64,000 bases of DNA, taken from NCBI GenBank assembly GCA_000091205.1, contig AP006496.2. One strand, 5' to 3'. The position numbers and the translations under genes are program-made. Below are positions 48,094-61,049 of the stretch, piece after piece. How positions within the stretch are numbered: position 1 is the stretch's first letter; the number at the start of each line of letters is the position of its first letter. The notes beneath the pieces are model-generated. The model was not told the DNA's origin. It saw only the letters and a list, made by a program, of their open reading frames with translations, and did no database searches. This DNA comes from Cyanidioschyzon merolae (Eukaryota).

Positions 48094-49698
48094 ATGCATC
48101 TCGACGCATCGCAGCTTCGTCATCTCACGGATGGCGAGCTTCGCACTTTAACGGCCGTGGAGCTGGGTATGCGGAACCACGAGCGTGTGCCCGTGGAGCT
48201 TGTTGGAGCGCTCTCGGGAAACCGTGGTGCACGTCGGGCGCTGCAGGTACTCCTTCGGCACAAGCTCGTTCACCACGAGTCGCGTCCGTACGAGTCGTAC
48301 CGGCTGACTCCGCTAGGGTATGACTACTTGGCGCTGCGCGCGCTGCGGGAGCGCTCGAGCGTCTGCTCTGTGGGCGGGCTCATCGGAACGGGCAAGGAGA
48401 GTGACGTGCACGAGGTTCTCGGCGGCGTGGATGGCTCGGAGCTGTTTGTGCTGAAGGTTCACCGTTTGGGCCGGACGAGCTTCCGGCGGGCGCGAACGAA
48501 GCGAGGTTACTGTGAACGGACGCCGTTTGTGCCCGAGGAAGCGACTTCCGACGTTGCAGCGGGGAGCTCAGGACGCTTGTTACCGACTGTGGAGGGTGTA
48601 TCCGAGAGCGAACGCGCAAGCGAGGGCGTCCCCGCAGACCGGCTCGATGGGAATATTGTTAGGTTTACGTCGCAGTCGAGCGACAGACGGGTCGTAGCGA
48701 ACTGGCTGTATCTGAGCCGACTTGCGGCCCAGCGGGAGTACGAAGCTCTAGTGTTTCTGTATGGACAGGGCCTGCCGGTGCCGGAGCCTATCGATGCGAA
48801 TCGCCACTGCGTCGTCCAGCGGCTTGTACAGGGTGCGCTGCCGCTCAGCCACGCTCGATCGCTGCGTGATCCCAGAGCAGTCTTCGAACGAATCTGGGAG
48901 TTTCAGGAGCGCCTGACTGAGCTTGGCCTGGTCCACGGCGACTTGAATGAATTTAACGTCCTGGTCGACTGTGAGACGGAACAGATCACTGTGATCGACT
49001 TTCCGCAAATGGTGCCACTCGGGCATCGAGACGCGCTGGAGATGCTGGAGCGCGATCGGCGCAGCCTAGTCAGCTTCTTTTACAACCGGTTTGGGTTGCC
49101 GCTCTGCATCGAACGCGGCCTACTCGCGGAAGCAAGCTCCGTCAGCGAGCATTTAGTGACCGCGCGCGCTGAGGACGTCACTGATGCTTCGAACGCGACC
49201 TTGAGTCTATGGCGACAAGCGGATTCCGGGGCAGAGGCCGCGTCACGCCCCGACACCGCTGGATCGGACGAGGCCACGATCTGTGGCAAGCAGCTCGCGA
49301 ACGCGGTGTCGCAGCTGGCAAGTCTGGCACACATGAGGACTCTCGGGAATGCGCCTTACATTTCTGAGTGCGCTAGTGCGTCGGTTTGGTCAGGTCTGCG
49401 CGAAGCACGGGACCCAACTCGGTTTAGTGCAGCGAACGGCAGTGCAGACGAGGCGAGCGCCCCCCTGCGAGAGGGCTGGCATGGGCGAGCTGCTTCCGTT
49501 ACAGAGGCTGACGTTGGCGTTGCGAGTGCGCGCTCAGCTGGAGTCGAGCGCAAGTTCGATACTCGCGCCATATCGAGGCAGCTCCAAGCGGAGCATGCAC
49601 GATGCCACCGGAAACTGTTGCTCCGCGAAGCAACGCGACTTGGTAAGGCACACCCCCGAGCTGCGCGGCGCGCGATACCCACCACAGACTGGAGTTGA
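48094..49698 (+). CDS. RIO2: RIO2 serine kinase (40S maturation factor)
   Basis: There is an N-terminal winged-helix segment (LRHLTDGELRTLTAVELGMRNHERVPVELVGALSG) and a RIO domain (VGGLIGTGKESDVHEV, LFVLKVHRLGRTSFR, HGDLNEFNVLV, VIDFPQMV). The start is divergent from uS3, 620 bp away. Confidence 0.88.
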   Translation: MHLDASQLRHLTDGELRTLTAVELGMRNHERVPVELVGALSGNRGARRALQVLLRHKLVHHESRPYESYRLTPLGYDYLALRALRERSSVCSVGGLIGTGKESDVHEVLGGVDGSELFVLKVHRLGRTSFRRARTKRGYCERTPFVPEEATSDVAAGSSGRLLPTVEGVSESERASEGVPADRLDGNIVRFTSQSSDRRVVANWLYLSRLAAQREYEALVFLYGQGLPVPEPIDANRHCVVQRLVQGALPLSHARSLRDPRAVFERIWEFQERLTELGLVHGDLNEFNVLVDCETEQITVIDFPQMVPLGHRDALEMLERDRRSLVSFFYNRFGLPLCIERGLLAEASSVSEHLVTARAEDVTDASNATLSLWRQADSGAEAASRPDTAGSDEATICGKQLANAVSQLASLAHMRTLGNAPYISECASASVWSGLREARDPTRFSAANGSADEASAPLREGWHGRAASVTEADVGVASARSAGVERKFDTRAISRQLQAEHARCHRKLLLREATRLGKAHPRAARRAIPTTDWS

Positions 49699-49890
49699 GG
49701 GGGCCGCCCAGCACGCGGCGCGCCCGACTGTTGCGGACTTGGAGAACTTTTCTCCATGCAAAGTTCAGGTGAACTGCGCGAGCCTGTGAAAGGCTCTCTA
49801 CCGGAAGCAGGACGGTAGCGGATGTACTGGGGATTATTTGCCGCACAGTGTAAGTGGTCTTTACGTACTCGGTTGCAGCGAGCACAACGC

Positions 49891-50223
<333 letters not shown>

Positions 50224-51920
50224 TCACAAGCAAACAAACACGCAGAAGAAGAGCAAACACAGGCTCAACCGTAGACGTGCGCGCGCGTAAACGAGAACGC
50301 AAACGCAAGCACACGCGCGAAGAGAATCGTAAACGAGAACGCACGCACAGACGCAAGCACGCGATGCGCACGGCGGCGGTACACGAACGTCACAGACGAA
50401 ATGCTGCGGGTAGCGCGCACGCACACACACAGAGACACACGCTCACAAGCAGCTCGCACACAGAGAGAGCGGGAGAGACGGGTTCAGACACAGGCCGGGG
50501 ATGCACGCAAACTCGGATGCGCGCCTCTGGCCGGTGGTTGATCGCTGCGAGTACCTGGGGACTCTATGCGGGGCGGAGAGCGCCAAGGCTTGCCGGAGGT
50601 GACGCCTGTGTGCGACCGGCGCCGGGGCCCTGCTGCAGCGCCGGCAGCGCGCTTGTTCGCGTTGAGCGCTGCGCTGGCGGTGCGTGCGGCGGGTGTTCCG
50701 GGTGATGGTGTGCGTTGCGTGCCGCGAGCCGGTACGCGCTGCTTGGTGCGTGTGTGATCGGTTTCGAACACGGAGCGCGAGGCTGTGATCGTGGGACCGG
50801 CGGGTGGCGCGATCTGGCGCCGGCTGGTGCGCGGATCGTGCGCGCCAGTTGGCGCGCGCGCGCGTCATCGGTGCGGCGCATTGAAACGGAGCGCGCGATC
50901 CGATGAGCACGTCGGCGCACGGGCGCCCTGTGCGCGCATTGCTCGATCGCGGCGCTGGGCGGCGGCTGGTGTATCTGGCGCCGCCGTGGCGCTCGTGGTC
51001 TCGTGCGCGCAGCTGTCCGGAGCGGTGCCCGGCAGCGGTGTATCTGGCGCCGCCGTGGCGCTCGTGGTCTCGTGCGCGCAGCTGTCCGGAGCGGTGCCCG
51101 GCAGCGGTGGATGCTGGCGCATGGCGCTCGTCAGGGCGGTGATGCCGCAGGCCCAGGAGCCAACCGGAGCTCGCCGCCCGACGACTAGGTAACGCGGGAA
51201 GCAGGACTGGCGCCGGGCACCTCTGCGTCGGTGGATCGGGCATGACGCGTTCAGCACGGCTGATCGGAAGCTTGCGGTGGTGGTATCGGTGATATGGAGC
51301 ATAGATCAGTGGCGCTTGGGGTCGTTTCAGTGGTGCATTCGGGAATGCAGCATAGACCGGTCGGAATCGGAGGGCGACACTCGTCGAGCGGCGTTGCACC
51401 ATATAGAGCAGTGCTGGCTGGGGCACGCACATTGTCCAGTCTGTCATCACACTGCTCGCATCAGTGCTGAGCGGAACCTGTGAATCGCCCATTCGTTTAC
51501 CCACCATGCTGCTGAGCAGACTCCATTCCACGAGGCGTCAGAGTGTCCATTTACGAAGCACATGTACCGCTCGCGGCCCGCCGGTCATCAAGCCGGATAT
51601 GTGGGAGGCGGCGCTGCCGATCGGATCCCGCCAATCTCGCATTCCGCATCGCTGATGCTATGACACCTGTTGTCGTAAAGCCCATGCTGCACCCTTGAAA
51701 GCTTGCGGTAAGCTGCCCGTCGTTGGAGCCGTGATATCGCGTGCGCTCTCTCCGCTGCAAGCTCGCAGAGAAGGACTGGAATCTTCCGCGAGACGCATTT
51801 TCGCCGGAACCCAGCCCCGCGATGTCGTCTCCTCAGCGGGCGCTCCCGGACTTTGGGAGACTCACAGGTATGTCCTCAGCAGTGATGCACGCGAGACCGA
51901 TGTATCGCCATGCACCATCC

Positions 51921-52530
51921 GGGTGATGAGACTACTGTCAGCAGTAGCTGTACTTTCTGATCTGCACTGAGCGTATCTTCGGCTCATCGCTCCAAATGCA
52001 TGCCAGACCGATCTATCGATATACACTAGTCGGGTGATGAGACTATCGTCGGCGCCAGCTGTACTTTCTGATCTGCACTGAGCGTATCTTCGGCTCATCG
52101 CTCCAAATGCATGCTAGACCGATCTATCGATATACACTAGTCGGGTGATGAGACTACTGTCAGCAGTAGCTGTACTTTCTGATCTGCACTGAGCGTATCT
52201 TCGGCTCATCGCTCCAAATGCATGCCAGACCGATCTATCGATATACACTAGTCGGGTGATGAGACTACTGTCAACAGTAGCTGTACTTTCTGATCTGCAC
52301 TGAGCGTATCTTCGGCTCATCGCTCCAAATGCATGCCAGACCGATCTATCGATACACACTAGTCGGGTGATGAGACTACTGTCAACAGTAGCTGTACTTT
52401 CTGATCTGCACTGTGCGTATCTTCGGCTCATCGCTCCAAATGCATGCCAGACCGATCTATCGATATACACTAGTCGGGTGATGAGCCTATCGTCGGCGCC
52501 AGCTGAACTTTCTGATCTGCACCGGGCGTC
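51921..52530. repeat. 111-bp minisatellite, 5.5 copies, in the H3-H4 intergenic region (right)
   Basis: gggtgatgag starts recur at 51921, 52032, 52143, 52254, 52365 and 52476, a period of exactly 111 bp. Confidence 0.9.
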
Positions 52531-52712
52531 TCCTGGTCTCGTCGCCGGAGACGGCGCGCGATCCACTACCGAGGCATGCGAGATCGCTGAAGCACCAAGA
52601 TCGCCCGCATCGCAAGATCGCTCACGCGTGCACCCCGCTGGTGGCGCGCACGCGTCTCGCCGATCGCACTCACCACCCGCACGCGGGCGATCGGCACCAT
52701 CTCCTCCGTTGA

Positions 52713-53285
<573 letters not shown>

Positions 53286-54774
53286 GGCGGTGCTTGCTCA
53301 CAACTGGTGCCGCCGAGCGGGTGCAGCGTCCTGTGGGTGCCGACGAGCGTCGCGCTCGTTGGCGCTCGCGGCCTCGCCTGCAGTGTGCGAGCACTGCATC
53401 AACTCTCTCCGTAAAGCTTGCGTCGCTCTTGACACGCTACACACCCGAGCGCATATGTGTGACTTTGGAGGCGCCTGGGTCCGCCTGCGGTACTGGTGCG
53501 CGGCTGACGCGCCCGTCGTCTACGTGGAACGCGCCCAGGGGCGTCTATTTGGGCGGACTTGTAAACCTCGACAAGTGTTTATGTTTGTGTAAGCGCACCA
53601 CCGCTGTGTGGTAGGTCACGACTCTGCGCACTCGGCGGCTTGCCTTGCGCTTGTCCACTGATTCGTATCGTAAATGTCGACTGCTATTTGCAATCATTGC
53701 ACTGCAGGAACATCCCTTGGAGTCCCGGACGCTGCACGCGTCTATATGAACCGACATACATTGCGTCTTTTTCACACTTTGCCCGCTAAACAGGCCTGTA
53801 TCCATCTACATCTACGTCCGTGAAGTGCGTCGCTGCCGTGCGTCTGGCAATCCACATAGGAAACGGAGCTTCCGGTGCTTGTACACGGCGAGGCGCTTCA
53901 AAGCGCCCTCTGTCGGAATGGAGGAACGGAAGTACGCGTCTCTGTGCACTCAGTCTTGTGGAAGAGGCTGTCGCTCTGGTCTCTAAAATATCGTGCAAAC
54001 GCAGCTGCCGAGTACCGGTTTCCCGCTGTAGAGCTGTAGTGCGCAAGCACTGCTGCTCGGGGTCGCTGGGCAGGGTGTCGCGGAAGATGCCAGGTGCACC
54101 GGCTTTTGTTCAAGTACAGCGGCAGATTCTCGGAACGAGACACGGGATAAGCGCCTGAGCTCCCTGTTTCACGACGAGCTACGTCTGCGAAACAGCACGC
54201 TCCGGCACCGACGCTCACCGACAGGTCCCATCCCGCACTAGTGACGTCAGCGCTGAATAGTAGCAGGGACATTTTATAGAAATGACAAGCTGCCATACCC
54301 TTTAAAGAGGCAGCGTGCGAAGCAGAATGTCACGTCGTCTCTAGGTTCAAGCGCATCCGCTGCCGCCAGTCTTGATTTGTACTCGGAACGCTGTTCATAC
54401 ACCGCCAGCGCCCGCTGAAATACCCAAGTTGCGGTCACAGAGCACGGGATGGGTGTATGGAAGCAGCGAAGAAGCGTTGGACGGGCCGTGCAGCGCCCGC
54501 CCCCCATCACTGATGCTTCCACTGGTCGTGCGAGCGGGTATCCGCGATGCATCCAGTAGAGGTCGCTACGACATTTCGCGCTCGTGCGCGGGGCAGCCGC
54601 CGTGGCGTGCATGGACCTTGCAGTGTCTGGAACAAAAAAGCGCAAAGGGCGTGTGGAGGTATCTCCTCGAGCGCGGCACCGGCATCGACAGTGGGCTATG
54701 CACTGCAAGTGGGCGGCTTGAACTGTGAGCTGACGCTGCCCCTGTGCAGCCACCATCAGCAGCACCCTCTGATA

Positions 54775-54985
54775 GGTACCGGGCCTCGGACTGGTACGGG
54801 CAGCAGAGAAGAGTGGACGCTGCAAGCGACGCGGATACCGGTACTCGAACCGGAACCTGCAGCAAAGAACCATGGATGCTGGAAGCGACGCGGATACCGG
54901 TACTCGGACCGGCACGGGCAGCAAAGAACCATGGACGCTGGAAGCGACGCGGATACCGGTACTCGGACTGGTACGGGCAGCCGGC
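54775..54985. repeat. 61-bp minisatellite, about 3.5 copies, downstream of H2B (right); paralogous to the 6-copy array at 37690-38065
   Basis: gcgacgcggataccggtactcgg recurs at 54826, 54887 and 54948. Confidence 0.8.
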
Positions 54986-55036
54986 CCGCCAGGAGCGCAC
55001 CCAGCAGTCGAGACATGCACAGGCGACGTAAACGTT

Positions 55037-55393
55037 TTACTGGCTTGAGGTGTATTTGGTGACAGCCTTGGTGCCCTCGGAGACGGCGTGCTTCGCAAGC
55101 TCGCCCGGCAGCAGCAGGCGCACTGCAGTCTGGATCTCCCGCGACGTCAGCGTCTTCGTCTTATTGTACTGCGCAAGCTTGCTCGCCTCCGACGCAATCC
55201 GCTCGAACAGGTCGTTCACAAAAGAGTTCATAATAGACATCGCCTTCGAGCTGATGCCCGTGTCCGGGTGCACCTGCTTCAGAACCTTGTAGATGTAGAT
55301 GCTGTACGTCTCGAGGCGCTTGCGCTTCTTCTTGTCGATACTAGCGGGCGCCTTCGCCACCTTCTTCGCAACAGTCTTCCCTTTCATAGCCAT
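55037..55393 (-). CDS. H2B: Histone H2B (second copy)
   Basis: The protein is identical to the H2B at 37273..37629. Confidence 0.95.
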   Translation of the reverse strand: MAMKGKTVAKKVAKAPASIDKKKRKRLETYSIYIYKVLKQVHPDTGISSKAMSIMNSFVNDLFERIASEASKLAQYNKTKTLTSREIQTAVRLLLPGELAKHAVSEGTKAVTKYTSSQ

Positions 55394-56109
55394 GTCTCGG
55401 GTTCGCAGTCAGACACACTCGAGCGATAGCGCTCACGGTTACAGAGCAACAACAGCTGGGCACGCGCAAACACACGCGGGCAGGGACACAAAGACGCACA
55501 CAGGCCAGGCACTTGTCGAGGCAGACCCGCGTGTACCGTGTAACACAGCGCCAAGGCGGAAGAGCGGGGGCGCGCTGCCTGCCAAGCGCCCAGAGGCACC
55601 TGCGCATCCGGCGCTGCGGATGGCACGCGTACGCACGTTCGGCAAGGGCGGATCGCGATCGGCTGGCGCGCGCGATCTGAGCCGCCGCGATCGGCGGTGC
55701 TCGCGCTGCCGGCGCACATCTCTGGCGCGCGGTGCGGACGCGCAGCGGCGCGATCCGTGCGCACGGAATGTAGCACAGCGATCGCGTGATCGCAAGCGCG
55801 CTTGTCAGCAGATCGAGAGACTCGCGGACCTGCGCGCGTTCAAGAATCAGCTCGTGGTCCCCGGCGGGAGTGTCCGCTTGCCGACAGCCCTTCAGATCGC
55901 TGGACTCGCGGACCTGCGCCGGATGAGGGCACGGTATCGCGTGCCCGAGTGCTCACGAGGCATCGGAGGATCGGGTGCGAAAGCAGTGCCGATCACTGCC
56001 ATTGGCGACCGCGCGACACCGGGTGATCTGCAAGAATGGCTGCGAAGCAAGATCTATCGCCTGCCCGCTCCGTGCTGCGCCATCGTCAATGCCTAAGACT
56101 GAATCATGC

Positions 56110-56520
56110 GGTCGCCCGATCGCTGACGAAGGCCGACGAATGGCGCAGGGGCGAGTCTCTAGTACCGGAAAACAGCAGAGCTACAGAATCGATTGCGAGG
56201 TCGCCCGATCGCTGACGAAGGACCACGAATGGCGCAGGGGCGAGTCTCTAGTACCGGGAAACAGTAGAGCTGGCCGAATCGATTGCGAGGTCGCCCGATC
56301 GCTGACGAAGGACCACGAATGGCGCAGGGGCGAGTCTCTAGTACCGGGAAACAGTAGAGCTGGCCGAATCGATTGCGAGGTCGCCCGATCGCTGACGAAG
56401 GATGATGTATGGTGAAGGAGCGAGTCTCTAGTACCGGGAAACAGTAGAGCTGGCCGAATCCATTGCGAGGTCGCCCGATCGCTGACGAAGGACCACGAAT
56501 GGCGCAGGGGCGAGTTGCCG
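56110..56520. repeat. 90-bp tandem array, about 4.5 copies, between H2B and H2A (right)
   Basis: Units gcgagtctctagtaccgggaaacagtagagctggccgaatcgattgcgaggtcgcccgatcgctgacgaaggaccacgaatggcgcagg recur with a 90-bp period. Confidence 0.85.
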
Positions 56521-57075
56521 GCACCAGCAGCCACGCAGCATCGCACAGTCGATCGGACGATCGAAGACGATGTACGAGGAGTGACGCATCCCAGCGATTC
56601 GCTTGCACGAGCAAAACATAGCGCTGCAGGGTCGTTCGCCAGATCGCCAGATCGTACACGATGTACGAAGACTGAAGCAGGGCAGCGATGCGCGGTGTCG
56701 CCGCGTAGATCGCCCGATCGCCAGATCGCCAGATCGCTCGATCACCCGCTCTGTACCAGGTGCCAGTCCGGTATTCCAGCGCGATGGCGATCCATGATCG
56801 ACACCTGCGCATCGCGCGCAGCCGCCGCGGATCGCGAACAAACGCGTGCCCCTGGCTCCCGCAGCAGACGCCACCACGGTACGGCGCGCCTGTGCCGCTC
56901 GCAACCACTGCTGCAACACTTGGCGTTCTCGTACTCGCGACTGATACCGTGTGACACAGCGCTCTGTGTCGCTCCTGCTCTCGTCTCACTTCTCTGCCGT
57001 CGACGGGTATACCGCTGCGGCTGCTGTTTCTCTCGCGGTCGGTCTCTCGCGTTCTCTCTCGAAGCTTTCAGCACC

Positions 57076-57429
57076 ATGGCGCCCAAGGGCAAGGCAAAGT
57101 CACGCTCCAGCAAAGCAGGTTTGCAGTTTCCGGTGGGGCGCGTCCACCGGTACCTGCGAGACGGCGGGTACGCGGAGCGCATCGGCGCTGGCGCGCCCGT
57201 CTACCTCGCTGCAGTCATGGAGTACCTGACCGCCGAGGTTCTCGAGCTGGCGGGCAACGCTGCGCGCGACAACAAGAAGACGCGCATCATCCCGCGTCAT
57301 ATCCAGCTGGCGATCCGCAACGACGAGGAGCTGAACAAGCTCCTGGCGGACGTGACCATTGCGTCTGGCGGCGTGTTGCCGAATATCCACGCAGTGCTTC
57401 TCCCGAAGAAGAAAGCCAAAGGCGAGTAA
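57076..57429 (+). CDS. H2A: Histone H2A (second copy)
   Basis: The protein is identical to the H2A at 35155..35508. The ATG was verified at 57076. Confidence 0.95.
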   Translation: MAPKGKAKSRSSKAGLQFPVGRVHRYLRDGGYAERIGAGAPVYLAAVMEYLTAEVLELAGNAARDNKKTRIIPRHIQLAIRNDEELNKLLADVTIASGGVLPNIHAVLLPKKKAKGE

Positions 57430-57661
57430 ACTGGTGTTCTGCTTAACCCGATTTGTTTCCTGCGTCCAGCGTCCGAGTCCCTGGTCACCGCCGTGCATGT
57501 TCGTCGTCGCGTTTCCCGCTCCGCATCTATCGCACGGTTTGAATCGCTCCAAGTATACGGCCTCAGATTGATACCAAAGAGGATTCGACGGTGTGCGTCT
57601 CCGCCAGCCCTGCGACACGAATGCATCGCATCGAGCAGGGCTCCCAGTTCCAGACGCGCTG

Positions 57662-58660
57662 CTACGTATGCTGTTCATAGACCCGACGAATGACGCCCCT
57701 CCTGATCGCTTCGATAGCCTCCTCGCGGCTGATACCGAGGCCATAATCGCAAAGAGGAACATGCTCCAAACTCAGGATTTGGTATGGGTGGCGTTTCACA
57801 TCGGGGTGCTCGTGTCTCCCGAGAACCTCCCAACCTGCCCACCGTTCGAGTGCCTCGAGCCCAGCCTCGTCCACCCGCTCAGGGGCTGCGGTATCCACAG
57901 CCTCGAGGGCCATCGCCGCAGCTGCTAGGTCTCGGCCTCGGAAATGCAAGCAGCCCACAGTCCCGAAACTCTTCGTCACCGCCGCCCAAGCTCGTGCGTA
58001 CACTCGCTCCCACCATGAGGCTGGGCACTCTCCGATGCAGTCGGATCGCTGCAAAAGGTCGCGTACAGCGCCAAGATACCGATACGCATGATCCATGCGG
58101 AGATCAAAGTGCGTAGCGCGGAGAAGCGCCCGCTCAGCGAACAAGAGCTGCTGTTTCTCCTCCACGAAGCGCTCGGTGCCCTCGTAGACCTCGAGGCCCC
58201 CTGGATGCGTCCTACTGTTCCGCGTGCGCGTCTTCACGCTCAGATAAATCACTTTGCTCAGAGAACAGGGGCACTCCTCCACCTTGGCGGCCAGGAAAAC
58301 CGCCGCGGATGCCATCTGGTATGGGTCGAAAGGCACCGCGGCCGGCGCCGTCCACTCACTGGTACCTCGGCCAGAGCCAGGCTCTAACTCCGCCCTCGTG
58401 ACCGGTACAATGTGATCGCTGTACAAATAGTACCGCATATAGAGCACGTGGGCCGTTGCACGCACGTAGGAACCCAGCCCCAGCTGCTTCGCAACTTCCA
58501 CCAGAAACTGCTGAACTGCAACGTGCACAGCACGGTTCGACGCTAACCCCAGCGGAGACCGTTCAATGACATCCCACTCCAACAGCCAGTCTTCGGGTCT
58601 CGGTTTCGGCGGCAGCCTGTGTCTCTGGATGTAGTCCGCCTCTTCAGTATCAACGTCCAT
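57662..58660 (-). CDS. Cyclin-box protein, transcription-type cyclin (C/H/K/L-like)
   Basis: The cyclin fold is indicated by VQQFLVEVAKQLGLGSYVRATAHVLYMRYYLYSDHIV...MASAAVFLAAKVEECPCSLSKVIYL, followed by a second repeat (LLFAERALLRATHFDLRMDHAYRYL). Confidence 0.7.
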   Translation of the reverse strand: MDVDTEEADYIQRHRLPPKPRPEDWLLEWDVIERSPLGLASNRAVHVAVQQFLVEVAKQLGLGSYVRATAHVLYMRYYLYSDHIVPVTRAELEPGSGRGTSEWTAPAAVPFDPYQMASAAVFLAAKVEECPCSLSKVIYLSVKTRTRNSRTHPGGLEVYEGTERFVEEKQQLLFAERALLRATHFDLRMDHAYRYLGAVRDLLQRSDCIGECPASWWERVYARAWAAVTKSFGTVGCLHFRGRDLAAAAMALEAVDTAAPERVDEAGLEALERWAGWEVLGRHEHPDVKRHPYQILSLEHVPLCDYGLGISREEAIEAIRRGVIRRVYEQHT

Positions 58661-59994
58661 AGCGGGAGCTGAAAACGCGCAAACTCCCGGCGACTACCGC
58701 GATCGTTCTCAGTGGAGGGTCTGCTGCACTCGACATGCTCCATTCGGGCAATGCAGTCCATCGTCTTTGATCGATAAAACGTTTCCGTACTGAGCACGGA
58801 GTACAGACTGCTCGCTTGATATCAGCAATCGGAAAAGTATCTATCAGTCTTCATCCTACCTTCAAGTTCTATGACGTATACGTCCCTTCCGAGATCATCA
58901 TCATTTCGTACGTTCTGTCGAGCGCCGAGCCTACCTAGTGCGCCCGCAAGTGCACCTGGCGCATCCCAGCCTACGCGCTAGTCAGAAGCGCAGGCGTCGC
59001 CTCGTCGCCACTAACGGGACGTCGTGAGACGCCTCGTGTAGAAGGCAGAAGGCTGCTGAAGTCGGACTTGAGTCATCGCAGCGATCGCTACCGGTACAGG
59101 GTGCGTCTCCGCTTTACACGAAATGTGGGTAGACGGATCGAAGTTTCCTGACCTGTTCCCCAATCTGAATTTTACGTACGGTACCTGTTTTACCACGGAC
59201 AGCATTGCAATCCATCATTCTTCTCTCGAATCGAGCGCTCTGCGCTTACGCACGCAGCGAATAGAGCACTCGCTGAGAGGATCGCTTAGAAGAAGCCCAC
59301 GATCACTGACTACAGCCCAGAACACCTCAATGCGGAAGGGGGTATCGATTGGAGCCCCCTGTACTCGTCCAGGGCATGATGCGAGCGATGAAACAAGTGT
59401 TCACGCGCTAAAAAGCCCTGCCTTTGTGATGGAGGAGGAGGAGGAGGCGGTGAATTTTGCGCCGTATCGACCGGTGGGAACACCAAACCACAACCAAGTA
59501 TGACTGCTTCGAAGCACACACCGGGCTGTTTACAAGAAAGATGAAAAGCGCGAGCGAAGCGCAGATCACAGAATCCATCCACGCACGAAATGCGTCAATA
59601 ACGCCCGGAAGCAGCGATGTCGGGACGTGAACGCTACCGTCAACATCCCTCGACTGCTGCCAACAGAGCTACATTGAAAGTAGAGACCGCCTTATTTTTC
59701 AGCCGAATAAAAGAGCGTGGAAAATGAAACACTCGTCTTCAAGTCCGCAAAGGATGGTATAGATGAACATAGAAAAAGACCCTAACGTGAGCGTCTACAC
59801 ACCCGAGTTCCTGGATACGTTCTGTTTCATTCCCGCGAGGATGCGCAGACCCCCATACTATGAGTGCTTGTACATCGCCGTTCGCTTGTGAGGCGCCCGG
59901 CACCAGAACTCCGCACCCAGGAGGCGTCGCTCTCTTGTAAACGAACCGCTCATAGCGTCATCGTCCTCGTTGCCACCGTTACACGACGCCATAG

Positions 59995-60500
<506 letters not shown>

Positions 60501-61049
60501 TCTAGATAGAAGCGTTGTTGATCTGGCTCGGGAATGGAGACCGCGACGTGGCCCCAGCAGCGGAAGTAACTGGAGCTCAGGCATTATCTGGCAGTGAATG
60601 GTCCGTTAGCCGCCTATGGCAAGGATATGTGGCCTCAGGACGGGGTGGGCGTCTGCCCTTGCGTCCCTCACAGGGACTAGCACCCGATCAAGTACCCCAA
60701 AGTAACGCGTTCGCTTGTCCTACAGAGTCCGTTTACGCGATCCGCAAATCAAGAAGGAGGAAAACAGCTAGCGCAGCAACATGCCTGTGCCAGGATACCA
60801 GCACGGGATATGCTGCAACCTGTGCGGCTGAGAGAGCCCCACGCTGGGGCGTCTCCTAGGTCAGGGCCGCGCCTTCGAGGCGCCTCAGCGCGGGCGCTGA
60901 CAGTCACCTGCAAGCGAACGCGTCGCAGAGCACCATCATCATCATCATCACCAACCTCGACAGGCGCTTCTTGTCCAGCGCCTTTGCCAGCACAGGCACC
61001 GCAGCACCCTCCGTGTCCGTCGGCGCTCGGATGCCAGTCTAAGCTGCAC

